Source: Bacteroidales bacterium (GTDB lineage: Bacteria > Bacteroidota > Bacteroidia > Bacteroidales > SZUA-534). From it: a stretch of DNA of 64,000 nt. Location: positions 114,681 to 178,680 of the forward strand of contig JAZUEN010000020.1 in NCBI GenBank assembly GCA_045640185.1. The letters run 5' to 3'. This document shows positions 44,987-54,959 of the stretch, one piece after another. Numbering within the stretch: position 1 is the stretch's first letter; each line of letters opens with the position of its first letter. The position numbers were made by a program, and so were the translations under genes. The notes beneath the pieces are model-generated. The model had not been told where the DNA came from. It worked only from the letters and a program-made list of their open reading frames with translations, and did no database searches.

Positions 44987-47269
44987 CTAGATTTTTATGC
45001 CGACAAGTACAATGTCGTCAGTTTGCTGAGTCTCGGTTCCTTGTTCGTTCTCGTGGCGCCACTTGTCAATGATATCCGTGAAAATGGCCTTCTGTTCGGC
45101 AAATGGCTTTTGGCAATTCGCGAGCAACATGTCGAAAAGTCGCTGACGCCCGAACTTGTGGTACTCTTCATCGCCGCAGAACTGGTCCGTTATTCCGTCG
45201 GAATAGGCGTAGAAACAATCGCCCGACGTGATTGACATATCGTGATTTGTGAAGCGTTTTGTGCTGCCGGAATAAATGCCAATCGGCATCCGGTCGGCTC
45301 CAATCACATTGAGTTCGCCATCGTGAATCATCACCAAAGGCCTGAATGCGCCGGCGTACCGCATCAGCTGGCGTTCCTCGTCAATTAGCATAAGAGCCAT
45401 GTCGATTCCATCAAGGCTGCTTTCGTTGTCGTTTTGGCGAAGTGCCATTTTCACATTGTCGCGCAGCAAATCGAGGATTTCGCTTGCCAGCAAGTCCTTA
45501 TTGTTCATGTCGATGTTGGCCACAATGTCGTTAAGCATGGATATTCCCAACATGCTCATCAGTGCGCCTGGCACTCCGTGACCTGTGCAATCGGCTACCG
45601 CCAAAGCCTTGTAGCGCCCTACCTGTATTGCCCAATAGAAATCGCCACTGACAATGTTGCAAGGTCTGAACAGCACCATGCAGTCGCCAAATATCTGCTG
45701 CATTATCTTGTCGGTTGGCATTACCGCTTCCTGAATGTGCTTTGCATAGACAATGCTGTCGGTTATGTTCTTATTGGCAATGTTCAGCAAGTCGTTTTGC
45801 GCCGACAGCTCCTCCTTGGCAGAAACCAGCTGGATGTTCTTCTCGTCGAGCATTTCGTTCTTTTTCGACAGCAGCAGGTTGAGTTTCTTACGGCGTAGAT
45901 TGGATATCAGGATTACCACAGATATAGCCAATAGGCTTAGCACGATTGCGGAAAGCATCAGCCGCTGACGATCGACCTTGGCTTTATATTGCTGTTCGGC
46001 TTCGTACTCTTCAATTTTGTGTTTGCGCATCTGTTCCCTGAACTCGGCCTGCGAACTTGACTGCACAAACGAGGCAATCTTTTCGTCGCTGTCACTTTCC
46101 ATCAGGGCGTAGTTCAATTGTGTGGCGTACTCGTCGGCCTTTTTGTAATCGCCTCGCATCTCATAGAAAAGCCTGCATACACTGTAGAAATCTATCTTCG
46201 TCTCACGTCTGTGCGTTCCTACCGACATGTCGGCGTCGGCTTCCTTGATCAATTCCAGCGCCTTGCCGTAACAGCCACGCAGAAGTTGCGATTTGGCCTG
46301 TATGGACAAAACGCCTGCCCTATGGAATTTCATTCTGTACTTCTCCCTCAATTCAAAAAGGAGACGGCAATGCATATCGCATGAATCGAGATGGCTGATG
46401 CGCCTTGCACCTTTGCACCACATTGCCTCTTCAACGTGTATCATGGCGAGATACATGTGGAGTTGCTGCATCTCCATAATGTTCGGAACTGTCTGCGCCA
46501 TCACAAAAGCCGTATCGAAGTGGAATTTTGCCGAAGCAAGCATCTTGGCTGTCAATGAATCGTACGGCTGAGTCTTGTACCTGTTCAGGAACACCCTGCC
46601 CAAACCGACATTGTCGGCAATGAGGCCATACACATTGTTGATGGCAGAATCGATGGAATTCGCACTTGAATAATAATCCTCGGCATGTGAGTACGAATTG
46701 ACACTGATGTTGATTTCGCCAAGGTACTGAAGCACCTGCGTTATATGTGCCGAATCGTTCAGCTCGCGGAATGCCGTCAAGCTGGTGTAGAAGTTTTCGG
46801 CGGCTGGTGAGTAGCGACTTTGCCTATAATAAATGAATGCCAGATTCATGTAGGCGAGCGCCAGCTGGTTCTTGTCGCCAATCTCGTCCCATATATATAT
46901 GGATTCCATATTGGCGGACTCGGCTTTTTCGAAATCCTCAATCCATATATAATATCTCGACAGATAATAATATGCATAGGCCAAACTCTTTCGCTCGTTA
47001 AGGCGCTGAGCCAAATCGACCATGATGGCGCAATACTTGCCTGCTGAATCCACATTATATATGAATTCGCAAATATATTTCAGGTTGGACAATTTTGCCG
47101 TGTCGTCAGGCATTGTGTTGACCGCCCTCCTGAGGCTATCCAGCTTGTCTTGCGCAAATGACTGCGACATCGCGATCTGAAGAACAATGCAGACAAGCAA
47201 TAATCCAATATGTTTCATGCCTTTCATAACCAAAATATTGGCGCAAAATGCGAAAAAATCTGCTTTCAT
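44987..47269 (-). CDS. TPR-repeat sensor fused to a SpoIIE/PP2C-type protein phosphatase
   Basis: N-terminal signal/TM (MKHIGLLLVCIVLQIAMSQSFAQ, so the start may be 47218), about 350 aa of TPR-like helices, one TM (LSAIVLSLLAISVVILISNL), a coiled coil, and a C-terminal PP2C block (SGDFYW......ALAVADCTGHGVPGALMS...YSDGITDQF...). Confidence 0.8.
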   Translation of the reverse strand: MKADFFAFCANILVMKGMKHIGLLLVCIVLQIAMSQSFAQDKLDSLRRAVNTMPDDTAKLSNLKYICEFIYNVDSAGKYCAIMVDLAQRLNERKSLAYAYYYLSRYYIWIEDFEKAESANMESIYIWDEIGDKNQLALAYMNLAFIYYRQSRYSPAAENFYTSLTAFRELNDSAHITQVLQYLGEINISVNSYSHAEDYYSSANSIDSAINNVYGLIADNVGLGRVFLNRYKTQPYDSLTAKMLASAKFHFDTAFVMAQTVPNIMEMQQLHMYLAMIHVEEAMWCKGARRISHLDSCDMHCRLLFELREKYRMKFHRAGVLSIQAKSQLLRGCYGKALELIKEADADMSVGTHRRETKIDFYSVCRLFYEMRGDYKKADEYATQLNYALMESDSDEKIASFVQSSSQAEFREQMRKHKIEEYEAEQQYKAKVDRQRLMLSAIVLSLLAISVVILISNLRRKKLNLLLSKKNEMLDEKNIQLVSAKEELSAQNDLLNIANKNITDSIVYAKHIQEAVMPTDKIMQQIFGDCMVLFRPCNIVSGDFYWAIQVGRYKALAVADCTGHGVPGALMSMLGISMLNDIVANIDMNNKDLLASEILDLLRDNVKMALRQNDNESSLDGIDMALMLIDEERQLMRYAGAFRPLVMIHDGELNVIGADRMPIGIYSGSTKRFTNHDMSITSGDCFYAYSDGITDQFCGDEEYHKFGRQRLFDMLLANCQKPFAEQKAIFTDIIDKWRHENEQGTETQQTDDIVLVGIKI

Positions 47270-47464
47270 GTTGCATTTGATGAACCTAATCGCACTAAAT
47301 GCCTTATTAATTACATCATATCAAATGATGACGCGCAACATTTTTGAAATGAATTCTCAAACTGACGCCACTAACAGCAATCTATCGCGTCCAAATAAAA
47401 GGTCATTCAAAATAAATTATACTTTTGCACCGATTTCGAAATTGCTAACAAAACAATTTAAATA

Positions 47465-49333
47465 ATGGATAAAAGTTCTTGGATAGGCATTTTGCTTATA
47501 ATGGCCTTGTTGTTCGGATGGAGCTACTTCACCCGTCCATCGGCAGAAGAAATGCAACGCTACCGCGAAAAGCAGGATTCAATTGCCCGCGTTGAACGCC
47601 AACGCCAGCTTGACCTTGAAATAGAAAAGGCACAGGCTTCTGAGCAGGCACAATTCGCATCACCTGAAGAAAACGATTCTGTGGCAAACGCCATGCTTCG
47701 CAACCAATATGGAGATTTTGCTCCATTTGCCACTGGCGAGCGTGAATTCTACACTGTGGAAAACAACCTGATGAAGATTAAGTTCACCAACCTTGGCGGA
47801 CGGATAGCATCTGTGGAACTGAAAAATTACGACACATACGACTCGCTGCCTGTTGTGCTTTTCGACGGCGACTCCACAATTTTCAGCCTCGGGTTCTTTG
47901 CACAGAACCGTCGCATAGAGACTGGCAAGCTGTTCTTCACCCCTTCTGAGAACATCAGCACCGCAGAAGTGACTGACGACTCGCTGGTCGTATCCTTCAG
48001 CATCAGCCTCGACAACGACCGCACAATGGACTATGTATATACCATCTACCCTGACAGTTACGTTGTTGGGTTCAATGTCAGAATGCACAACATGAACAAA
48101 CTGGTGCCTGCCAACTCGGGCTACCTGACACTGAACTGGGAATCGTACATAACAGGATTTGAGAAAGGCCGCAAGTGGGAAACAATGAACTCAACCATCG
48201 CCTACCGCTACTTTAACGACGATGTTGAGCAGCTTAACGAGACCAGCGACTCTGACGATGAGACTATAAACAGCCGCTTGCAATGGATATCGTTCAAGCA
48301 ACACTTTTTCAATGCGACTCTGATATCTAAAGACGGCTTTGTAAACGCATCGCTCAAGCAACGCAAGGAAACTGTCAACCCGAAATATGTGAAACTGTTC
48401 ACTTCGGAGATTTCGTTGCCATACGATGGAAAATCTGAAGAAGACATTGAGATGCAGATGTTCTTCGGTCCGAACCACTTCAAGACACTTAAGGCTCTGG
48501 ACATCGACCTGCAGAACATCATTCCACTTGGCCGAAGCATCTTCCGCTGGGTAAATGTAGGCATCGTAATACCGACATTCAACTTCCTTGGACGCTTTAT
48601 CGACAATTTTGGCGTCATAATATTGATAATGACCATATTGATCAAGCTAGTGCTGTTCCCGTTCACCTACAAGTCGTATATGTCGACTGCAAAGATGGGC
48701 GCACTGAAACCTGAAATGGACAAGCTCAACGAAAAGTATCCGAAGCAGGAGGACGCCATGAAGAAGCAGCAAGCCATGATGGACCTTTACAAAAAGGCTG
48801 GAGTGAACCCAATGGGCGGATGTCTGCCAATGTTGCTACAGATGCCTTTGCTCATCGCCATGTTCCGCTTCTTCCCTGCATCAATCGAACTGCGCCACGA
48901 GAGTTTCCTTTGGGTTGAAGACCTCTCGACCTACGACTCGGTGCTCAACCTGCCATTCAGCATTCCGTTCTATGGCGACCACGTGAGCCTGTTCTGCCTG
49001 CTGATGACAATAGTGAACATCATCTACATAAAAACAAGCGGTTCAACACAAAGTGGAGGCCAGCAAATGCCTGGCATGAAGCTGATGATGTATATGATGC
49101 CTGTGATGATGCTGTTCTGGTTCAACGACTACGCAGCCGCATTGAGCTACTACTACTTCATATCGCTGCTGATAACAATTGTGCAGACCTACATCATGCG
49201 CCGCTCGGTAAATGCCGAGGAACTGCTTGCCAAGGTTAAAGCCGCACAACTGAAAAAGACTCCGACCAAATCGCGTTTCCAACAGCGTATGGAAGCCGCA
49301 GCAAAGCAACGCGGAATAAAGTTGCCTAAATAA
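47465..49333 (+). CDS. yidC: Membrane protein insertase YidC (long Bacteroidota form)
   Basis: 622 aa. An N-terminal TM is followed by a large periplasmic domain. The C-terminal 60-kDa IMP core is ...GVIILIMTILIKLVLFPFTYKSYMSTAKM..L.PEM..L..KY......KQQAMMDLYKKAGVNPMGGCLPMLLQMPLLIAMF. Confidence 0.95.
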   Translation: MDKSSWIGILLIMALLFGWSYFTRPSAEEMQRYREKQDSIARVERQRQLDLEIEKAQASEQAQFASPEENDSVANAMLRNQYGDFAPFATGEREFYTVENNLMKIKFTNLGGRIASVELKNYDTYDSLPVVLFDGDSTIFSLGFFAQNRRIETGKLFFTPSENISTAEVTDDSLVVSFSISLDNDRTMDYVYTIYPDSYVVGFNVRMHNMNKLVPANSGYLTLNWESYITGFEKGRKWETMNSTIAYRYFNDDVEQLNETSDSDDETINSRLQWISFKQHFFNATLISKDGFVNASLKQRKETVNPKYVKLFTSEISLPYDGKSEEDIEMQMFFGPNHFKTLKALDIDLQNIIPLGRSIFRWVNVGIVIPTFNFLGRFIDNFGVIILIMTILIKLVLFPFTYKSYMSTAKMGALKPEMDKLNEKYPKQEDAMKKQQAMMDLYKKAGVNPMGGCLPMLLQMPLLIAMFRFFPASIELRHESFLWVEDLSTYDSVLNLPFSIPFYGDHVSLFCLLMTIVNIIYIKTSGSTQSGGQQMPGMKLMMYMMPVMMLFWFNDYAAALSYYYFISLLITIVQTYIMRRSVNAEELLAKVKAAQLKKTPTKSRFQQRMEAAAKQRGIKLPK

Positions 49334-49354
49334 TCAGACAATAACATATTTATA

Positions 49355-49391
49355 ACAGAAGAGCCTTCCGCTATGCGAAAGGCTCTTCTGT
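49355..49391. terminator. Bidirectional terminator between yidC and the convergent TPR gene
   Basis: A 13-bp stem, ACAGAAGAGCCTT (49355-49367) / AAGGCTCTTCTGT (49379-49391). Confidence 0.7.
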
Positions 49392-49431
49392 TTAATAATA
49401 GTCTTCTGAATTATAAATCATACTATATTGA

Positions 49432-50589
49432 TTATTTCTTAATGTCTTTGTCTTCTGTTCCATTCCTGAAGAAATTCTCTTCCTTGACGGCAGTCATCCA
49501 TTCCCTTGCAGAATTGATGACCTTCTTATTTGCCTTGGTCGCCTCCCATTCCGAATCAATAATGGACTGAAGCCAATGCAATGTCTTTTCGGTATCATGG
49601 ATATGATAGTATGCCAATGCCAACGAAAACTGGACTTTTATGTCATTGTTGTACTGGAGGCTTGTCATCAACGTCTTAATCTGCTGTTTCACACACGATT
49701 CGGCCTTGACAGTATCGCCGCCAGCCTCATATTTGAGAGAATAGGCTTCATAAAAATCGGCACGAATGGAATACACTTCAGCCATTGAAACAGAATCGGC
49801 CTGACATATTGCCAAAGCCTCATCAGTGAATGACAAGGCCTCATCGCGATGGTCTGTACGAATGGCAACCCTACTCAAGGCCTTCAGAATTGAAAGTTGA
49901 GGCGTTAAAGATTGCATATTTGCCATATTCAAGTAGTAGAAAGCCTTGTCAGGAATGTTGCAGCGGTCGTAGAGTATGCCTATGTAGTAAAGTGTCGCAA
50001 GATTATAGTCACCATTGTTGTATAGTTCAAGAAACAAGTCGAGAGCCCTGTGGTAATCCTTCTTTAGGTACAACGAAGTAGCCAATTGCGCGTTTACTTG
50101 CTGATTGGTTGAGTCTATCTTGTAATAAGCCTCGGCATAAAGCAATGCCGAATCCACTTCTTCATGTGCGATGTAGAATGCCGCCATTGAAGCGACTACG
50201 GTTGCATCAAGAGGGTTGACTACTACTATCTGCTTGGCACACTCGTTTGCCAAAGTGTCTTTCCCCATTTTCCTAAAGCAATTGAACCTCAATCGCAAAT
50301 CCTGGTAAATGGCCGTATCGGCCAAAAGCGTATCAGTAAGACTGATGCAGTTTTTGTATTGACCACGAACATAGTAGCATTGTGCCAACTTGCGGACAAT
50401 GGTATCGTTGCAGCTGTCGATTGCATAAGCCTTCTGATACCACAGCATTGAATTGTAAGTATCATTAATATGTGAACAAGAATCGCCACGATTGACGTAC
50501 AACGCCGATTCGGAATTTATTGCAGAAACACTGCCGCAAAATACTGACAACAGTATAATTGTACTGAATGTAAAAATTGCTCTTTTCAT
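49432..50589 (-). CDS. Tetratricopeptide-repeat protein (secreted)
   Basis: Signal peptide MKRAIFTFSTIILLSVFCGSVSA from ATG 50589, followed by repeated 34-aa A..Y...A........A TPR-like helices. Confidence 0.65.
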   Translation of the reverse strand: MKRAIFTFSTIILLSVFCGSVSAINSESALYVNRGDSCSHINDTYNSMLWYQKAYAIDSCNDTIVRKLAQCYYVRGQYKNCISLTDTLLADTAIYQDLRLRFNCFRKMGKDTLANECAKQIVVVNPLDATVVASMAAFYIAHEEVDSALLYAEAYYKIDSTNQQVNAQLATSLYLKKDYHRALDLFLELYNNGDYNLATLYYIGILYDRCNIPDKAFYYLNMANMQSLTPQLSILKALSRVAIRTDHRDEALSFTDEALAICQADSVSMAEVYSIRADFYEAYSLKYEAGGDTVKAESCVKQQIKTLMTSLQYNNDIKVQFSLALAYYHIHDTEKTLHWLQSIIDSEWEATKANKKVINSAREWMTAVKEENFFRNGTEDKDIKK

Positions 50590-50662
50590 AAAATATGGGT
50601 GAAATATTAGTAAACAAGGCCCGCCAAAAGCGAGCCTTGGCATAATGCAAAACTTTGATTTA

Positions 50663-52003
50663 TTACAACTTAAAAATGATGGGAATAGTATATGAAACAT
50701 TTACGGCCTTGCCACCTTGCATGCCTGGCTTCCATTTTGGCAATAACGAAACGACTCGCAAAGCCTCGTTGTCAATACTCTCGAATCCAGTACCTCGGGC
50801 TAATTTCACATTCGTGACATTGCCTTCATTGTCAATAACAAACGAAACATATGCCCTGCCTTGAATTCCCTTTTCTTTCGCGTCCTCAGGATATTTGACA
50901 TTCTCAGCAATATACTTGCGCAATGCCAATTCGCCTCCTGGAAATTCTGGCATATTTTCCACAATTATAAATATAGGGGCTTCCGGTTCTTCTAGCGTTT
51001 CTTCATTATCATCAATCTCTAGTACCGTAATTTCCTCGTTTTCATTATAAGCGGCAATGCCTGACGCAGAATCATTTTCGATAAATTCAAAATTTGTCTT
51101 ACCTTCGGCCATTGAATAAGACGAGTTAGCAAATGCAATCATAGCAAATGCGGCGACTGGAAGGATGTAAAGCGCCTTGGCCTTCATCCAACCTGATGAT
51201 TTTTTACGTGACATCATAGTTATTCGATATTTAAGTTTACTGTGATTGAAGCTGTTGGCAATAGAATACCACTTCCCGCCAGCAGCTTTCTTAATTAATA
51301 ATATTTGATATTGTTTTGCATTAATGCCTGAATCAAGAACAGCCTCGTCGGCCTCGTACTCGTGAATGGCGCACAGTTCGCGACGCATCAGCCACATTGC
51401 GGGATTAAACCACTGCAAGCAGCAAAGCACATCGCACACCATAATATCTATTGAATGGCGATAGCGGATATGAGCCTGCTCGTGGGTAAGAATCTCATGC
51501 CGGCTCTCTTCGTAGTCAGTCCGATTCATAATGATGTACCTAACCCAGCTGAACGGCGCCTGCTTGCCTTCAACTATTACCAAGACGTTGCCATTTGGCA
51601 ATTCGTGGCGTTCACCACTGCCGATGAGCCTCAACACACTGACGATTGACAGCAACATCCGCATCAGGCACACAACAATGCCCGACACATACAGCAATTC
51701 AGCCAAATAACGCCAATTGACCGTCGATTCGGCAACCGTATCGCCACCAACAATTACTTCCTGCAACATCACCACCGATTGTGCAATGGCGAAATTGCCG
51801 CTTGCGGAAGAAGACACACTAAATGTCAATCCGCAGAAAGGCAGGACAAACGACAATGCTATGGTACCCAAAACCACCACTCGGTTGGCGCGATGAAACG
51901 TCTCGCGACTCATAAAAGATTTGTACAATAGATAAAATGCTATCAGAACGACTGACACCTTTAAACTATATGCTATTGTTTCCATAATTCTACTTTTCTT
52001 CAA
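50663..52003 (-). CDS. BlaR1/M56 family peptidase-sensor fused to a TonB C-terminal domain
   Basis: 4 TM helices, the zinc motif ILTHEQAHIRYRHS (HExxH), and the C-terminal TonB-C block PEFPGGELALRKYIAENVKYPEDAKEKGIQGRAYVSFVIDNEGNV.NVKLARG......DNEALRVV...PKWKPG...GKAV.V.YTIPI.F. Confidence 0.85.
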   Translation of the reverse strand: MKKSRIMETIAYSLKVSVVLIAFYLLYKSFMSRETFHRANRVVVLGTIALSFVLPFCGLTFSVSSSASGNFAIAQSVVMLQEVIVGGDTVAESTVNWRYLAELLYVSGIVVCLMRMLLSIVSVLRLIGSGERHELPNGNVLVIVEGKQAPFSWVRYIIMNRTDYEESRHEILTHEQAHIRYRHSIDIMVCDVLCCLQWFNPAMWLMRRELCAIHEYEADEAVLDSGINAKQYQILLIKKAAGGKWYSIANSFNHSKLKYRITMMSRKKSSGWMKAKALYILPVAAFAMIAFANSSYSMAEGKTNFEFIENDSASGIAAYNENEEITVLEIDDNEETLEEPEAPIFIIVENMPEFPGGELALRKYIAENVKYPEDAKEKGIQGRAYVSFVIDNEGNVTNVKLARGTGFESIDNEALRVVSLLPKWKPGMQGGKAVNVSYTIPIIFKL

Positions 52004-52346
52004 TTTGACGGATTAAATCTTTCAGTTCCTCGACCGACAGGTCATCCTCGCTGACCAATGCCGAGACTGCATTCTGGTACGAGTTGTGGAAATACTTGCC
52101 AATGATGCCCTTTAGCGTCTGCTTACCGAACTCGTTTCGGCTCACATTGGCATAATATTGGTAGGTTGGCCCGTATGCCTTGTGAGCAACGTACCCTTTT
52201 GCCTCCAACGCGCGCACCATTGTAGATATGGTGTTGAAATGCGGTTTTGGTTCATCGTACAGTTCAACCAAATCGCGCACGAACATCGGACCTTTCTCCC
52301 AAAAGAAACCCATGAGTTCCTCTTCCTTTTTTGTCAACTTTTCCAT
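51990..52346 (-). CDS. BlaI/MecI/CopY family transcriptional repressor
   Basis: 118 aa. The winged helix is LTKKEEELMGFFWEKGPMFVRDLVELY..PKPHFNTISTMVRALE.KGYV. It overlaps the start of the BlaR1-like gene. Confidence 0.85.
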   Translation of the reverse strand: MEKLTKKEEELMGFFWEKGPMFVRDLVELYDEPKPHFNTISTMVRALEAKGYVAHKAYGPTYQYYANVSRNEFGKQTLKGIIGKYFHNSYQNAVSALVSEDDLSVEELKDLIRQIEEK

Positions 52347-52475
52347 AAACCTATCTTGTTTTTTGTATTACAACGCTAAGGTAACTAAAAAAACATTTCA
52401 TGCAACTATAGATTATAGTTATGTATGATATTTTTTTAGTTTTATATTATATACAACTGAATATCAAATATAAAA

Positions 52476-52503
52476 AAGCAAGATAATGGATATTATCTTG
52501 CTT
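52476..52503 (-). terminator. Terminator of the DUF2975/HTH operon
   Basis: A 12-bp stem, AAGCAAGATAAT (52476-52487) / ATTATCTTGCTT (52492-52503). The A-run on the plus strand is a T-run on the minus strand. Confidence 0.7.
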
Positions 52504-52557
52504 AAGAATATACAGCTGTAAATTAATGTATCTTATATAAAGGCGCCCATAATATTA

Positions 52558-52794
52558 TCATTCACTCTGCATTGAGCTTTCTTCGCCAGGTTCCTCCCTA
52601 TATTCAAGCAAATCGCCAGGCTGACATCCCAATACCCTGCAAATGGAATCTATTGTGGAGAAACGTACTGCTCTTACCTTGCCAGTCTTCAACAACGACA
52701 GATTCGCTTGTGTTATGCCGATTTTCTCCGCCAACTCCTGCGACGAAATTTTACGTTTCGCCATAACTACGTCTAAATTCACTATAATACTCAT
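52558..52794 (-). CDS. XRE-family helix-turn-helix transcriptional regulator (YozG-like)
   Basis: 78 aa with IIVNLDVVMAKRKISSQELAEKIGITQANLSLLKTGKVRAVRFSTIDSICRVLGCQPGDLLEY. Confidence 0.8.
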   Translation of the reverse strand: MSIIVNLDVVMAKRKISSQELAEKIGITQANLSLLKTGKVRAVRFSTIDSICRVLGCQPGDLLEYREEPGEESSMQSE

Positions 52795-52806
52795 ATTCAG
52801 TAATGT

Positions 52807-53598
52807 TTAAACGGTCAAGTCATTATCTTCCTTCAAATCCTTTCCCATTCTGAACACCTCGGAGAGAAACATCAGGCCTGTGCCAGCAAGCAACCACGAC
52901 CTGTGCTCGATAGGGCCCAAAACAACTTCGTAATTTACAAAAGCCACCACTTGGCACGCACTAAAATACGCCAATAACTGACCTACAAAAAGAATCAAAA
53001 AGCCAACCGACATCAGAATACCTAAGCGTTCAATATCGCGGGCGACACCCGAAACAAATATGTTGCCACGGTATATATTGCGTAATATCCTAAAAATCAG
53101 AATTATAAACCAAACAAGAATGGCAACCGAAACTACAAATACTGGAATTACAAAAATCCAAATCCACTTGGGGCACTCTTCAACCTGAAATTCCACTTTT
53201 GCCCGCTGTATTTCGAGCTCACCATAACTCAAATTTCCGCTTACACGTCCTCGTTCAAGTCCAATTACTTCTGCACGGTTATTTCTGCATCGCAGATTAA
53301 CTGTGTAACTCCGTGAAGCCCAACTATTATTGGAATATGTACTTGTACCAACGGTATCAATGTTCCCCATACTATCCGTCACAACCTGATAAACAGTGTC
53401 TATTTTCGCTTTTTTGTTGAATTTTGGAGCATTGTGCCAAATATCCATATGTAATGTTTTATCGCTCATTACTGTATAAGTGGACCTGGTTTTATTAAAA
53501 TAAACGGGACCGTCACCTGGCGTGTTTACAGAAAAAACCACACATAACAAGACTGAAGCCACAAATAATCCGAAGTAGAGTTTTAATTTTTTATTCAT
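52807..53598 (-). CDS. DUF2975-like membrane protein
   Basis: Signal/TM, an extracytoplasmic roughly 130-aa domain, then 4 TM helices. It is paired with a downstream YozG-like HTH gene, the usual DUF2975 arrangement. Confidence 0.5.
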   Translation of the reverse strand: MNKKLKLYFGLFVASVLLCVVFSVNTPGDGPVYFNKTRSTYTVMSDKTLHMDIWHNAPKFNKKAKIDTVYQVVTDSMGNIDTVGTSTYSNNSWASRSYTVNLRCRNNRAEVIGLERGRVSGNLSYGELEIQRAKVEFQVEECPKWIWIFVIPVFVVSVAILVWFIILIFRILRNIYRGNIFVSGVARDIERLGILMSVGFLILFVGQLLAYFSACQVVAFVNYEVVLGPIEHRSWLLAGTGLMFLSEVFRMGKDLKEDNDLTV

Positions 53599-53815
53599 AA
53601 TGATAATTATTTATTGTTATACGATAATAAATTATTGGGCAAAGATATATTAGAAAATTGCATTTGCAATACAAAAACAATAATAATTTATCGACAAACA
53701 ATAATTTTAATCAAAAAAACAGCCTGCAAGACCCATTGACGGCGTATATGACTAAAAAAATGGGCAAAAAAAAGACGCATTACGCGTCATCAAAAGAAAC
53801 GCTGGGAGCAGGAAA

Positions 53816-54379
53816 CTACTTGCAGTTGAACTGGTTCATGATGCCCACAACTCCGACAAACGGCATTTGCAACACGGCTTGGCAACAAAGGTCGATGCGT
53901 TCGTCAATTGTGGCTTTCTCCTCGTCGGTCCAATGGCCGAGCACATAGTCAACCTGCTGACCACGCGAGAATTCGTTGCCGATGCCGAAACGCAGGCGTG
54001 CGAAATCGGATGTAGATATTGACGCTGCAATGTTTTTCAGTCCGTTATGGCCACCGTCGCTGCCTTTTTGTCGGATGCGTATCTTACCGAACGGCAAAGC
54101 CAAATCGTCACAGATGACAAGCAGGTGGTCGAGCGGGATTTTTTCTTGCTGTATCCAATATGCAACAGCCTTTCCGCTCAGATTCATATATGTTGTTGGC
54201 TTGATGAGAATGAAGGTGCGGCCACGCGACTTCAATTCAGCACGAAACGCATGACGGCCCTCGCTAAAAGAAATATTGGACGCCTTAGCCAAGGCATCCA
54301 ATACTTTAAATCCTATGTTGTGGCGGGTTTCGGCATACTCATCGCCGATATTTCCCAACCCTACAATCAGATATTTCAC
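53816..54379 (-). CDS. pth: Peptidyl-tRNA hydrolase
   Basis: MKYLIVGLGNIGDEYAETRHNIGF..., ...KPTTYMNLSG..., ...GHNGLKNI. Confidence 0.95.
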   Translation of the reverse strand: MKYLIVGLGNIGDEYAETRHNIGFKVLDALAKASNISFSEGRHAFRAELKSRGRTFILIKPTTYMNLSGKAVAYWIQQEKIPLDHLLVICDDLALPFGKIRIRQKGSDGGHNGLKNIAASISTSDFARLRFGIGNEFSRGQQVDYVLGHWTDEEKATIDERIDLCCQAVLQMPFVGVVGIMNQFNCK

Positions 54380-54389
54380 GTGTCAAGAA

Positions 54390-54959
54390 TTAAGCTTCAG
54401 CTGCCGCATTAGCTGCCGCACGTGTCATTTTAACTGTTGCTACAACAATGTTCTTAGCTTCAAGGATCTCAATACCTTCAAACTTCAAGTCCTGAATCCT
54501 GATTGCCTTTCCAATGCCAATGTTTGTAACATCAACTTCAAGAACGTCAGGAAGAGCTGAGATTAAACCGCTGACGCGAAGCTTACGCATCTTCAAGACC
54601 AACTTACCACCTTGCTTTACACCTTCAGCCAAACCATTAAGCTTAACTGGCAAAGACATTGTAACTGGCTTGTTGTCGCTTATCTCAAGGAAATCGACAT
54701 GCTCGATGGCATCAGATACGCAATTGTATTGAACGTCTTTCAACACTGCCTTGCTTGCCTTGCCATCAATGTTAAGGTCAACAATGTAGATGTTAGGTGT
54801 GTAGATCAATCCACGCAAGCCTTCAACAGTAACTGTGAAATGCTTAACTTCCTTACCACCGTAAACTACACAAGGAACTTGTCCGTTAGCGCGAAGTTCG
54901 CGAGTTGCCTTCTTTCCTAGCTCTGAACGAACAGAACCCTTAATTTCAATAGTTTTCAT
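54390..54959 (-). CDS. rplY: 50S ribosomal protein L25 / general stress protein Ctc
   Basis: MKTIEIKGSVRSELGKKATRELRANGQVPCVVYGG... with a C-terminal Ala-rich tail. The start is at ATG 54959, and the 78-aa ORF-track extension is discarded. Confidence 0.9.
   Translation of the reverse strand: MKTIEIKGSVRSELGKKATRELRANGQVPCVVYGGKEVKHFTVTVEGLRGLIYTPNIYIVDLNIDGKASKAVLKDVQYNCVSDAIEHVDFLEISDNKPVTMSLPVKLNGLAEGVKQGGKLVLKMRKLRVSGLISALPDVLEVDVTNIGIGKAIRIQDLKFEGIEILEAKNIVVATVKMTRAAANAAAEA

Noticed and set aside
53658-53948. 96-aa ORF on the plus strand starting in the AT-rich spacer
   Set aside because: It has a low-complexity Asn/Lys-rich start and then runs antisense into the 3' end of pth, so it is unlikely to be coding.
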